Assembly: GCA_035530655.1 (NCBI GenBank)
Contig: DATKUK010000080.1
Coordinates: forward strand, 4,534 to 68,533
Source of the DNA: Phycisphaerae bacterium
GTDB taxonomy: Bacteria > Planctomycetota > Phycisphaerae > UBA1845 > DATKUK01
Length of the DNA: 64,000 nt
Direction of reading: 5' to 3'
Numbering within the stretch: the stretch's first letter is position 1; each line of letters opens with the position of its first letter. Positions 55,589 to 64,000 of the stretch are shown here, one piece after another. The position numbers and the translations under genes are program-made. The notes beneath the pieces are model-generated. The model saw nothing but the letters and a program-made list of their open reading frames with translations, ran no database searches and was not told the DNA's origin.

Positions 55589-55912
55589 ATGGCAGAAAAG
55601 ACGATCATGTAGCCGGGCGCATCCGGGAAGGAGTACAAGTACTGGATCTACCCGATCGGTGCTTCTTTCAAGGATACCCCAGGGAATTACATCTTCGCAA
55701 AGCAGACGTCTCCTGACCGTTGGGCTCCCGTCTACATCGGAGAGACAGGTACTTTGAAGGACCGTCTGTCGAATCATGAGAAGATCCCCTGTCTCAAGCG
55801 TTACGGCGGCACGCATGTCCATGTGCACACGAGCTCCGCAGACGAGGAGACGCGAAGGGCAGAGGAGTCGGACCTCCTCGCGAAGTGGGATCCGCCCTGC
55901 AATAAGGAGTAG
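55589..55912 (+). pseudogene. GIY-YIG-like small nuclease-family gene with in-frame TAG at codon 8
   Basis: Not in the ORF track. AAGGAG-N7-ATG at 55589, then MAEKTIM-TAG(55610-55612)-PGASGKEYKYWIYPIGASFKDTPGNYIFAKQ...PVYIGETGTLKDRLSNHE..., a GIY-YIG-like core (NYIF...VYIGET...R). Stop at 55910-55912. Confidence 0.6.
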
Positions 55913-55992
55913 CCGCGTAGGGTGCGTCGAGGACACACCTTCTCCTGCTGACGCACGTCAAGCCGGTTCGGCAGAACGAGATTCTCACGGCG

Positions 55993-56325
55993 ATGAAGCG
56001 CTACAAGGACTACAGCGTGGCGTTCGCCCGGACCCTGATCCTGAAGACGCCGCCACCCTTGCGTGCGACCCGGAAGGGGCGAAAGCGCAATCCATGGAAC
56101 AAAACGGCCCAGCGCAAGAATGACCTGCTCAAGAAGCTGGCCGAGGCCGAGCAGAAGCACGACTTCTACTCCCGTTTGTATAGGCAGTACACGATCGACC
56201 TGCTGCGGCTAGCCATCCACGCGCGTGGCCTGCTGACCAACAGCCGGATTCGTGAGCACCTGCATCAACACCGCCCGGATATCGTGGCGCGTTTCGGGAC
56301 AATCATCGCGGATGCACGAGGATAG
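55993..56325 (+). CDS. Hypothetical protein
   Basis: 110 aa ORF in the islet, basic and helical, with no domain recognised. The next small ORF starts 5 nt after its stop. Confidence 0.35.
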   Translation: MKRYKDYSVAFARTLILKTPPPLRATRKGRKRNPWNKTAQRKNDLLKKLAEAEQKHDFYSRLYRQYTIDLLRLAIHARGLLTNSRIREHLHQHRPDIVARFGTIIADARG

Positions 56326-56329
56326 CACC

Positions 56330-56500
56330 ATGGCCAAGTGGACAGGCGAGAAGACCATCCGCCAGATTCTGCGGCGTGAGGCAGCGGGGCTGCCGCTGTC
56401 TCCCGGTGGCAGCAGGGAGGGAGTAGAATCGAAGCTGCAAATGGCCGGATCGCGTGTGGTCTATGCCCGTGATGTACGCTCCGGCAGGCCTTACGAATGA
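56330..56500 (+). CDS. Hypothetical small protein
   Basis: ATG at 56330 preceded by GAGGA. 56 aa (MAKWTGEKTIRQILRREAAGLPLS...). Confidence 0.3.
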   Translation: MAKWTGEKTIRQILRREAAGLPLSPGGSREGVESKLQMAGSRVVYARDVRSGRPYE

Positions 56501-56512
56501 AGGAGGTTCCCG

Positions 56513-56902
56513 GTGCGCAGACAAGTCGCGACGATCTTCGTGCTGGCCATGTTGCTGGCCGCCAACAGTTGGGGACAGGCTGCGAACCGGGCAGCCGCGC
56601 CGCCGGGAGGCTGGTCGAGCGAATCAACGTCAGCTGCGCTCGGCCAGCAGGGTCGCAGGCAACGCGCGACTGCTCGCGGGCCGGACCGCCGGCCCGGCGC
56701 CCCACGGACTCTGATCGCTCGGGACGCGCCGTCACTTCATCATGTTGCGGAAAGAATCCCGTGCGTCGCCGACCTGACGCCGAATCCGCCGGATGAGGCG
56801 ACGGGCCCAGACGAACTCGGTGCCCAGAAGCGCCAGCCCCGCCGGCAGCACGACAAACGCCGGCCCGGGAAGCACGATCATCGCCACGCCGACGATCAGT
56901 AG
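56513..56902 (+). CDS. Possible small secreted protein (3' part doubtful)
   Basis: GTG at 56513 preceded by AAGGAGG. Signal-peptide-like MRRQVATIFVLAMLLAANSWGQAA. The rest is low complexity and runs antisense into the terC 3' end, so the true extent is unclear. Confidence 0.25.
   Translation: MRRQVATIFVLAMLLAANSWGQAANRAAAPPGGWSSESTSAALGQQGRRQRATARGPDRRPGAPRTLIARDAPSLHHVAERIPCVADLTPNPPDEATGPDELGAQKRQPRRQHDKRRPGKHDHRHADDQ
56732..56868. repeat. terC 3' end copy in functional position (right boundary repeat of islet)
   Basis: 137 bp matching 53116-53252. Begins exactly at the terC stop codon. Confidence 0.9.
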
Positions 56903-57958
56903 GCTCGTACCAACCACCAGAATCACGATTCGCCTGGCCTGTCTGAGCGTGAGTTCGGCCAGGTCACTCGTTTGGTCGATCAGGGTCGCTGCCAGGGCCG
57001 CCGTGTCGCGCTTCGCGCCGAAGACCGAGGCCAGCACCCCCACCGACAGCATGCCGCCGATGACCGCCAACGAGACCGGCGTGGGAATAGGGTGATGATG
57101 CACCAGCATCATCTTCACCCCCACGAACGCCAGCACAAACACGAGGCTCATCTTCAGGTAGCGGAACTTGCCGATCAAAGCGGCCAGCGCGAAGTACAGC
57201 GAACGCAGACCCAGAATCGCGAATACGTTGGACGTGAACACCAGAAACGGATCCTGCGTTACGGCGAAGATCGCGGGAATCGAATCGACAGCGAACAGAA
57301 CGTCCGTGCTTTCGACGACCAACAGAACCAGAAACAAGGGCGTGATCGCACGGCGACCGTCGACGCGCGTAAAGAAACGCTCGCCCTCGAATGTCCTGCT
57401 TACCGGATAGACACGCCGCGCGAGCTTCACCAGCGGATTCCGCTCCGGCTCCAAATTGTCGTGCCGTACGATCAGCATCTTGACGGCGGTGAGCATCAGC
57501 AGACCACCGAAGACGTAGACCATCCACGAGAATCGGGACAACAGCACGCTTCCGCCGGCGATCATCGCGCCGCGCATCACCAACGCCCCCAGTATGCCCC
57601 AGAAGAGCGTCCGGTGCTGATACGCCGCCGGTACCTGAAAATAAGTGAAGATCAGAGCGATGATGAAAATGTTGTCAACGCTCAGGCTCTTCTCCAAGAC
57701 ATAGCCCGTGAGGAACTGAAGGCAGGCATGGTATCCCGTCAGAGTGTCGGTCGTGGGCAGGCGGATGTGCGCCCAGTGACCTTCGTAGAGGTAATACACC
57801 AGGACCGTAAAGCCCAGCGATACCGCCACCCACATCCCTGTCCATGCCAATGCCTCGCTCGCGCTGATGACCCGGGCCCGGCGATTGAACACGCCCAGGT
57901 CAGCCGCCAGCATCAACAGCACCAGCAGCACAAAGCCGACCCAAACCCAGATCGTCAT
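56732..57958 (-). CDS. TerC-family membrane protein with C-terminal PGPGW-like extension
   Basis: 408 aa. TerC-type helices (EKSLSVDNIFIIALIF, ESTDVLFAVDSIPAIFAV). The C-terminal extra TM pair contains LPGPAFVVLPAGLALLG. Confidence 0.88.
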   Translation of the reverse strand: MTIWVWVGFVLLVLLMLAADLGVFNRRARVISASEALAWTGMWVAVSLGFTVLVYYLYEGHWAHIRLPTTDTLTGYHACLQFLTGYVLEKSLSVDNIFIIALIFTYFQVPAAYQHRTLFWGILGALVMRGAMIAGGSVLLSRFSWMVYVFGGLLMLTAVKMLIVRHDNLEPERNPLVKLARRVYPVSRTFEGERFFTRVDGRRAITPLFLVLLVVESTDVLFAVDSIPAIFAVTQDPFLVFTSNVFAILGLRSLYFALAALIGKFRYLKMSLVFVLAFVGVKMMLVHHHPIPTPVSLAVIGGMLSVGVLASVFGAKRDTAALAATLIDQTSDLAELTLRQARRIVILVVGTSLLIVGVAMIVLPGPAFVVLPAGLALLGTEFVWARRLIRRIRRQVGDARDSFRNMMK

Positions 57959-58182
57959 GGCAGGTATCCACCGCTGCGGCGGCGCCGGGCGAACCCGGCC
58001 GTAGTCTTCGCCCTTCCGATGAGCCGGAAGCTTACATCACTCGCACCGCGCACGTCCACCCACGCCGCTTGCTCGGTCTCAAGCGACCGGCCCGCGTGGC
58101 CACGGTTTGCAGCCGGGTGGCCCTGGCCGCTAAACTGGTGTGGCCGGTACAACTTTGCTGGTTTGTCGCCAAGGAATTGCGT

Positions 58183-58878
58183 ATGCGGGGATCTCCAGTC
58201 TCCGGATCGAGCCCATGGTGGCGTCGGCTGTTCGGTGGGTCCAAGGCCGCGAGGTCGGCTGCCGTCATCGTTGCGCACCCGGATGACGAGACGCTCTGGG
58301 CTGGTGGGCAAATCCTCGCGCATCCACGGTGGGATTGGTTTGTGGCGTCGATCTGCCGGGCGAGCGACAAGGACCGATCGCCGCGATTCTTCAAGGCCCT
58401 CGAGCGCCTCGACGCGATCGGGGCGATCGCCGATCTGGATGACGGGCCCGACCAGCATCCCCTCGACACGCATATGATCCAGGAGACGGTGCTCCGGCTG
58501 CTTCCCCAGACCCACTATGACGTCATCCTGACCCACGGGCCCAGCGGCGAGTATACGCGTCATCGGCGGCACGAGGAGCTGTCCAGAGCGGTCACCGAGT
58601 TGTGGCAAAGCAAAAGGATTGCAGCGAAATCTCTCATGCTTTTTGCCTACGAAGACGGTGGCGGGCAGTATCTGCCCCGTGCGCGGCAGGATGCCCATTC
58701 GCGCCACAAACTGCCCGAGCCCGCGTTCCGGGAGAAGTCGCTGATCATCCGCCAAAGCTATGGATTCGCGAGTGATAGCTGGGAGGCCCGCGTGACGCCG
58801 CGGATCGAGGCGTTTTGGTGTTTCCAGTCACCCAGGCAGCTGGGGCACTGGCTGCTGAAGACGGGAGGACAGAGATGA
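58183..58878 (+). CDS. PIG-L/LmbE-family deacetylase
   Basis: ATG at 58183 (AAGGAA upstream). VIVAHPDDETLWAGG motif and a later HRRH histidine cluster. Confidence 0.82.
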   Translation: MRGSPVSGSSPWWRRLFGGSKAARSAAVIVAHPDDETLWAGGQILAHPRWDWFVASICRASDKDRSPRFFKALERLDAIGAIADLDDGPDQHPLDTHMIQETVLRLLPQTHYDVILTHGPSGEYTRHRRHEELSRAVTELWQSKRIAAKSLMLFAYEDGGGQYLPRARQDAHSRHKLPEPAFREKSLIIRQSYGFASDSWEARVTPRIEAFWCFQSPRQLGHWLLKTGGQR

Positions 58879-60017
58879 AGGTTCTGGTGCTCTACGACTA
58901 CCCGCCCTCGCCGGGGGGGCTCGCTACGCAAGGCGACCTGCTCTACAAAGGTCTGCTGCATCTGGGCATCGAGGCTCATGCCGTGCACTTTGAATCGGCC
59001 CAGGAAAAGGAGTGGTACTACCGATGGTTTAAGCCGGACGTGGTGGCGGGAATTGGCTACTGGGGGCATGCGGCCCACCTGATTCTTCATCCGCAGCGGT
59101 TCGGCATTCAAGCCGTGCCCTGGCTGGTGGCTGACGGATACGTGGCCAACTACCGAGAGGTTCTCGACGCCCTGCCCCTGATTCTGGTCACCTCAAACTG
59201 GGTCAAGGAGGTATACGTTCGCGACGGCATCAAGCCGGAGAACATACAGGTCCTGCCCGTCGGGTGTGATACCGACGCCTTCACCCCCAGGGACGCCAGC
59301 GACCTCAAGGTGGCCGTCGTTCGTGAGGCGCTGGGCGTGGCCCCGGATGAGTTGATGATCCTGACCGTCGGCGGCGACGCCACCTCCAAAGGAGCCCAGG
59401 AGGTCATGCAGGCCCTGGCCCTGCTGGGACGCAAGATTCCCCCCTGGAAGTATGTGTGCAAAGTGTGGCCCCAGCCCCGCACCGAACTGCAAAACCTGGC
59501 GGACCTGCAGCTGGCCACCCAGTTGGGACTGGAGAAGAACGTCGTCTTCACCACCAACGTCGTGTCCCGCAACTTCATGCCTTATCTGCTGGCCGCCTGC
59601 GACATCTACGCCGCCCCGTCCAGGTTGGAGGGCTTCGGGATGCCGCAGATTGAGGCCGGCGCCTGCGGCAAACCGGTCGTCGGGATTAAGGCCATGGCCA
59701 TGCTGGAGACACTCGTGCACGAGGAAACCGCCCTGCTGGCCGGTGTGGCGCAGGAGGTTCGCATCGGCGAAGCGATCCTGGGCGAGGAGTCGGGCTTCGA
59801 GGACGGCCATCGTGTCGTGTTCGAAAGTTTTCGTACCGCCGATTATCGGGCCAGTGTATACGATATTGCCGACCATCTGCTGCGACTCATGGAAGATGCC
59901 GATTTGAGAAGACAATTGGGTCAGAACGCGCGTAAGAGAGTGATCGAAAACTACGATTACCGGGTTGTCGCACAAAAATTCTGCGACATCCTAAGTGGGA
60001 CTTTGGGAATCCAATAG
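58875..60017 (+). CDS. Family 4 (GT-B) glycosyltransferase
   Basis: ATG at 58875 overlaps the upstream stop (ATGA). SRLEGFGMPQIEAGACGKPVV E-x7-E motif. Confidence 0.85.
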   Translation: MKVLVLYDYPPSPGGLATQGDLLYKGLLHLGIEAHAVHFESAQEKEWYYRWFKPDVVAGIGYWGHAAHLILHPQRFGIQAVPWLVADGYVANYREVLDALPLILVTSNWVKEVYVRDGIKPENIQVLPVGCDTDAFTPRDASDLKVAVVREALGVAPDELMILTVGGDATSKGAQEVMQALALLGRKIPPWKYVCKVWPQPRTELQNLADLQLATQLGLEKNVVFTTNVVSRNFMPYLLAACDIYAAPSRLEGFGMPQIEAGACGKPVVGIKAMAMLETLVHEETALLAGVAQEVRIGEAILGEESGFEDGHRVVFESFRTADYRASVYDIADHLLRLMEDADLRRQLGQNARKRVIENYDYRVVAQKFCDILSGTLGIQ

Positions 60018-60020
60018 TCG

Positions 60021-61259
60021 ATGAGCCCTCGGAAGTCCGATCCAATCGTCACCGCAAAAAGGGCCGCGATCGAGGTTCTGCGGCACAACCGGCGAGGCCC
60101 CTACCGTTCGCTGCCCCGCACGGCGGGCTGGGGATATCCCGAGCCTTACACGCGCGACCTGATGATCTCCGCCTTGGGCTTCCTGGTATCCGGCGACGAG
60201 CATCTGGTCGTATCGCTTCGTCGGGTGCTTGAGTCGCTGGCACACAACCAGAGTCGATTGGGGCATATCCCGTCCCTGGCGCACAACCCGAACGACCGCG
60301 GGGCCAGCGATACCACCCCGCTTTTCCTCTTGGGTCTGGCGATGTATCGCCAGGCCACCGGTGAGGCCGACTTCCTACAGGAGGCGGCCGGCAAGGCCCT
60401 CTGCTGGATGGATTACCAGAGCCCCGACGATCTGGTCATGGTCGCGCAGCAACCGACCAGCGACTGGCGCGACGAGCACTGGGTCCTGGGCTACGGCCTG
60501 TACGTCAACACCATTGTTCACGCATACCTGCACTTGCTGGGTTTGCACGACAAGGCTCGCGATCTGAGATCACTCATGAACCGGTTCGACGTCCGCGGAC
60601 GGAAGCGCAATCGCCATGTCCACGAAGGTCTGGTGGTTCCCTACAAACCCTATTACGCGATGTGGTCGTACAAGATGGACAACAACGAGCGATTTGACCT
60701 GCTGGGCAACAGTCTGGCGATCCTGACGGGGGTGGCTTCGCCGTCGCGCGCGGCCAGCCTCGTGGCCTGGATCGAGGCCGAGTGCGACGCCCTACGCCAG
60801 AAGGGCCATCTGGCTCTGCCGCTTTCGCCCTGCCTGTTTCCCTATCTGCAGCCCGGCGACCCGGACTGGAGACCGCGCTACGAAAGGTTCAACCAGCCCG
60901 GCGAGTATCACAACGGCGGCATCTGGCCCTTCATCTGCGGCTTTCACGTGGCGGCGCTCGTCGCAGCCGGGCGCCCCCGGTTGGCTGAGCAAAAACTGAT
61001 GGCATTGACCCACTTGGTTCGCTCCGCAAGCAACGCTGATCTGGGCTATGGATTCAACGAATGGTTCAAGGCCCAAGACGGCTCGCCCCGGGGGCAGGAT
61101 TGGCAGACCTGGTCGGCAGCCATGTATCTCTATGCCTGTGCGTGTGTCGAACAGGGCTGTACGCCGTTCTTTGATGACATCAGGCGGGCTGCCGCCACAC
61201 CGGCCGAAGCGATCGAAGCCCGCCGGGCGCATGCGCCCTCCTCCACTGAGACAGAATGA
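60021..61259 (+). CDS. Six-hairpin glycosidase (amylo-alpha-1,6-glucosidase / GH100 invertase-like)
   Basis: 412 aa. GYPEPYTRDLMISALGFL, TSDWRDEHW and YHNGGIWPFICGF resemble the GDE_C / neutral-invertase family. Confidence 0.65.
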   Translation: MSPRKSDPIVTAKRAAIEVLRHNRRGPYRSLPRTAGWGYPEPYTRDLMISALGFLVSGDEHLVVSLRRVLESLAHNQSRLGHIPSLAHNPNDRGASDTTPLFLLGLAMYRQATGEADFLQEAAGKALCWMDYQSPDDLVMVAQQPTSDWRDEHWVLGYGLYVNTIVHAYLHLLGLHDKARDLRSLMNRFDVRGRKRNRHVHEGLVVPYKPYYAMWSYKMDNNERFDLLGNSLAILTGVASPSRAASLVAWIEAECDALRQKGHLALPLSPCLFPYLQPGDPDWRPRYERFNQPGEYHNGGIWPFICGFHVAALVAAGRPRLAEQKLMALTHLVRSASNADLGYGFNEWFKAQDGSPRGQDWQTWSAAMYLYACACVEQGCTPFFDDIRRAAATPAEAIEARRAHAPSSTETE

Positions 61260-61336
61260 CGTCGCGGACACCCCTGTCTGTACAAGACTGCCGCAGGCAC
61301 GGCGACCAATTTACCCCGCAGCACGTAGCGAGGCGC

Positions 61337-62869
61337 TCAATCTTCTGCTCTCTGGGATCGGCTAGTGGCGTGCTTGGTCGGCGATTCAAACGACTCGTCA
61401 GCACCATCATTGTCGCCTCTGCCGTTTCGCAGGCGGTAGGTGGCTCTGACCGGCCAGCCCACCATCCGGATCGGCATGAGGACAAACGAGCGAGTCGCGT
61501 TGAAAACGTTGCCCGCAGTTAATCGCAGTACGTCACGCGCCGGGCGGGCGCCGGGTTCCTCGAGTCGCCGCGCCAACGGCACCACCAGGCAACGCAGCAA
61601 CGAGGAGAGCAGAAACAGTACGTGGTAGTTCACCAGGGTCAGCGGCCCGATCCGCACCGACCAACCTGTCAGGACCTGCGCGATCGTGCCGGCCAGAAGC
61701 GGACCGCACACCCCACCGATCCCTGCCACGATCGAACCGATAGCCTGGTAGCTGCTCAGTCGACCACCCTCGGCGAATCCCAGCATGATGTTGGTGCTGG
61801 CCAACTCGAGCCCGCTCCAGGCCATGCCTCCCGCCAGCGGGATCAGCGGACCCACCCACCAGAGTCCCGGCGTGATCAGACACCACATGGCCGCCAGTGG
61901 AATAACGCACGTAGACGCCACAATCAGCACCGGCCGGTTGCCCCACCTGTCGCACGCCCGACCCCACCAGCCACACGAGAGGTACCAGCCCACCGACGGG
62001 GCGATCAGAAGCACCACGTTGACGGTCATGTTGCTCATCTGTACCACTTCGCGAAGGTTGCGCTGGAGGAAGTGTCCTATCATGCCGCCCGTCGAGAACA
62101 GTAAGAGCGTGCTGAAGTACAGATAACGTCGAAACGAGCGATCGCGCAGCGGCGAAAGCACCAGGTTCGTCCAGGTCAGTCGAACCTCGGAGGGCTGCTT
62201 GGGAATCTCCGGCACCAACGCGAACAGCAGGATGTCGATCGTGCCGCAAATCGCGGCCACCGTAAAGACGATGGCCAGTCCGTTCGGCAGGCCCAGGCTG
62301 CCCGAACTGGCCCGGTCGATGAACCAGCCGCTCAGCAAAGCCGTCGGCACGCTGACCAAAAGCCCCACGCGCCGCCGGAAGGCCCAGTATCGGCCGCGAA
62401 TTCGCGGTGGAATCAGGTCGGCCATCCATCCCATCCAGGTCGGGTTGCCCACCGCACCCAGCGAAAAGGCCAGGAAGTACACCAGTAACAATGTCGCCAG
62501 GCGAACGTCGCGCCACTCAGGACCGCTCGGAAGCAGCAGAGGCAGAGCCGCTACCGCAAGCCATAGCAGTCTCTGTAAGCCCACGCAGCATACGAACAGC
62601 CACTTGCGGCGGCGGGTCCGCTCGATGATCCAGCAGACAGGAAGCTGTATGCCCGTCGCCAGAAAGGGCACGGCGCCAAGTAGCCCGTAGAAAAACGGCG
62701 TGCCTCCCAACTCCTTGGCCAACTCCGGCAGGGCCGTTCCGCCCGTTGCAGCAAAGAAAAACGCGCCGAACCCCCATGCAGCGGTCACCAGTTGCAGCGA
62801 CCTGCGAAGCCGCGGGCCACGCAGCCGCTCGGCTTCTTCAAACACAGTACCGAATATTCGGGAAACCAC
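61337..62869 (-). CDS. MFS-type transporter
   Basis: 510 aa, about 12 hydrophobic helices with a central loop and a hydrophilic C-terminal tail. Confidence 0.75.
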   Translation of the reverse strand: MVSRIFGTVFEEAERLRGPRLRRSLQLVTAAWGFGAFFFAATGGTALPELAKELGGTPFFYGLLGAVPFLATGIQLPVCWIIERTRRRKWLFVCCVGLQRLLWLAVAALPLLLPSGPEWRDVRLATLLLVYFLAFSLGAVGNPTWMGWMADLIPPRIRGRYWAFRRRVGLLVSVPTALLSGWFIDRASSGSLGLPNGLAIVFTVAAICGTIDILLFALVPEIPKQPSEVRLTWTNLVLSPLRDRSFRRYLYFSTLLLFSTGGMIGHFLQRNLREVVQMSNMTVNVVLLIAPSVGWYLSCGWWGRACDRWGNRPVLIVASTCVIPLAAMWCLITPGLWWVGPLIPLAGGMAWSGLELASTNIMLGFAEGGRLSSYQAIGSIVAGIGGVCGPLLAGTIAQVLTGWSVRIGPLTLVNYHVLFLLSSLLRCLVVPLARRLEEPGARPARDVLRLTAGNVFNATRSFVLMPIRMVGWPVRATYRLRNGRGDNDGADESFESPTKHATSRSQRAED

Positions 62870-63356
62870 GGTTCAGTCTTGCGCTTCTGGCACCCGCCAC
62901 GGTCGACCCACTGCCCGCCCGGAGCAGAGTTACAATGGGTCGACCCGGTCGACGACGGACCTCGACATGATAGGGGTGGTTGGCCCGGCGGCAACTCTCT
63001 GGCCCGTGGCTCCCGGTTTGCCAGTTGGCCTCTTGTGTGGGGCTGACCCGCGCATTAGAAGTATCCTCGCGTCGGCGTGTGCCGGCGGGGTGGTGAGGAG
63101 TTCTGCCACCCGAATGTGTACCCGCTGCATAGGGGCAGGCAGATATGCACAGATTCGGGCAAATCGGTTTCGTGTTGGCTGTCGGTCTGCTGCTGGCCGC
63201 CTCGTCAGGGTGCTCGGTGGGCCGCGCGATATACGTGATCTTGTTCCCCTGGACGTTGTGGACCTGAGCGTCTCCATCCTCAGGGCGAGCGAACGGCCCG
63301 ATAGGGCGTCGTGCCCCATCCAGGCCGACATACGCCTTGATCTGTGAGTCGCAATC

Positions 63357-64000
63357 GTGTCGCCTGCCTCGCCAACAGACAAGTTGGTCGTCAGCCCGTG
63401 CAGCAACCCCGAGATGTCGCTCGACGAGGCGCTGGCCGCCTACGGTCGGATCGGGTTCACTCGGTTCGAGGTTTTCACCAGTTGGGCCAAGTCGGCTTTT
63501 GACGTCGATCGCGATCCTGCCGGCTACGTGGAGCACGGGCGGCGCTACGGCATGAGCTTCGCATCGATGCACCTGCCGCCGGTGGGCGACGATCTGGCCG
63601 ATTCGCTGGATACGGCCGTTCGGGCCGCCCGCTTCGCCGAGGCCATCGGCGCCGGTGTGGTGCTCTTCAAGGCCACCAGTCGGCCCAACTACATCCGCGC
63701 CGCCGGACAGTTCCTCGATGCGATCGAACGCATCCAGGTCACCCCCGTGCTCCAGAACCACGCGGGCAGCCCCATCAGTTCGTTGGACGACTTCCGCGAG
63801 GTCATCGAGGGCATCGGCGATCCGCGGATGAGGTCGCTCCTGGAAGTGGGGCACTTCCACGCGGTCGGCGTGGGGTGGCGCGAGGCCGCCGACCTGCTGG
63901 GCGACAGCATCGCCCTGGTCCACATCAAGGATCAGATCGCAGCCCAGTCGGTCCCCTTCGGTACGGGCCAGATCGATCTGCCCGCATTGTTCGCCCATAT
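63357..64000 (+). CDS. Sugar phosphate isomerase/epimerase (xylose isomerase-like TIM barrel), 3'-truncated by window end
   Basis: Not in the ORF track because it has no stop in the window. The frame opens after the TGA at 63345. GTG at 63357 or ATG at 63414. ...SLDEALAAYGRIGFTRFEVF...MHLP...VLQNHAG...LEVGHFH...VHIKD are the family's metal/catalytic motifs. The 386-aa antisense track ORF is rejected. Confidence 0.75.
   Translation, partial: MSPASPTDKLVVSPCSNPEMSLDEALAAYGRIGFTRFEVFTSWAKSAFDVDRDPAGYVEHGRRYGMSFASMHLPPVGDDLADSLDTAVRAARFAEAIGAGVVLFKATSRPNYIRAAGQFLDAIERIQVTPVLQNHAGSPISSLDDFREVIEGIGDPRMRSLLEVGHFHAVGVGWREAADLLGDSIALVHIKDQIAAQSVPFGTGQIDLPALFAH

Noticed and set aside
16795-55912. Amber (TAG) codon reassignment or pyrrolysine decoding as the explanation for the two in-frame TAGs
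   Set aside because: TAG terminates several well-supported genes here: the methyltransferase ending at 3480, prs at 11767, and island genes at 28911 and 29431. No pyl genes or suppressor tRNA are seen in the window. Recent nonsense mutations or base-call errors are more parsimonious.
53116-56868. Possibility that the 137-bp repeat pair is a diversity-generating retroelement TR/VR pair
   Set aside because: The mismatches are not adenine-specific (c/g, g/t, c/t, c/a, a/c, t/c and others). They are mostly synonymous in the terC frame. No reverse transcriptase is present.
56972-58477. 501-aa plus-strand ORF
   Set aside because: Antisense to terC and out of frame with the PIG-L gene. The product is a His/Arg/Gln-rich low-complexity sequence.
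61533-62516. 327-aa minus-strand ORF within the MFS gene
   Set aside because: It is an alternative frame of the 510-aa MFS ORF, which has a regular TM-helix pattern. The product is Arg/Gly/Pro-rich.
62838-63998. 386-aa minus-strand ORF at the window end
   Set aside because: The plus strand encodes a well-patterned xylose-isomerase-like TIM-barrel protein, absent from the track only because it lacks a stop in the window. The minus-strand product is low complexity.

Overview
High-GC bacterial chromosomal window. About 60 protein genes are supportable. I recognised no rRNA, tRNA or CRISPR array. Gene content suggests a Planctomycetota/PVC-type genome, by inference only: a DUF1573-rhodanese-MauE triad, many glycoside hydrolases and Gfo/Idh/MocA oxidoreductases, an SBP-permease fusion, and secreted hydrolases. 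Housekeeping anchors are priA, prs, nrdR, hldE, cls, an NSS-family transporter, TerC and an LPS/glycan cluster (GT2, PIG-L, GT4). The high-GC background produces many long antisense or alternative-frame ORFs in the track, which I rejected. Two AT-richer accessory islets stand out. (1) 27.9-31.85 kb, just downstream of nrdR: a tight four-gene operon at about 47-50% GC in hand-counted lines, against about 78% in a flanking line. It encodes a Panacea/YwgA-like wHTH protein, a coiled-coil protein with C-terminal TM helices, a minimal PD-(D/E)xK nuclease, and an orphan TGT/DpdA-like protein. The last carries an exact CxCxxC-X25-H zinc motif. The operon is flanked by 0.4 and 0.7 kb of structured, repeat-rich non-coding DNA. 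This is my best candidate for an undescribed defence or DNA-modification system. (2) 53.1-56.9 kb: a 3.6 kb islet bounded by a 137-bp duplication of the terC 3' end, whose differences are mostly synonymous. It carries an MqsR-like/YgiT zinc-finger toxin-antitoxin cassette sitting inside a disrupted HU_HIG-DUF4469 gene, a secreted ankyrin protein, and a GIY-YIG gene with an early in-frame TAG. Other notable items are listed here. A dispersed hairpin repeat family occurs, and one copy supplies a uORF whose stop overlaps the cls start codon. A second amber-interrupted gene is a SAM methyltransferase. A ParA-CBM48 fusion sits beside a degenerate ParA-like partner. An ABC exporter fused to DUF1854 lies next to a long GH130-like protein. 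A 366-bp in-frame tandem duplication lies inside the DUF1573 gene. All family assignments come from motif recognition by eye, and no database search was run.
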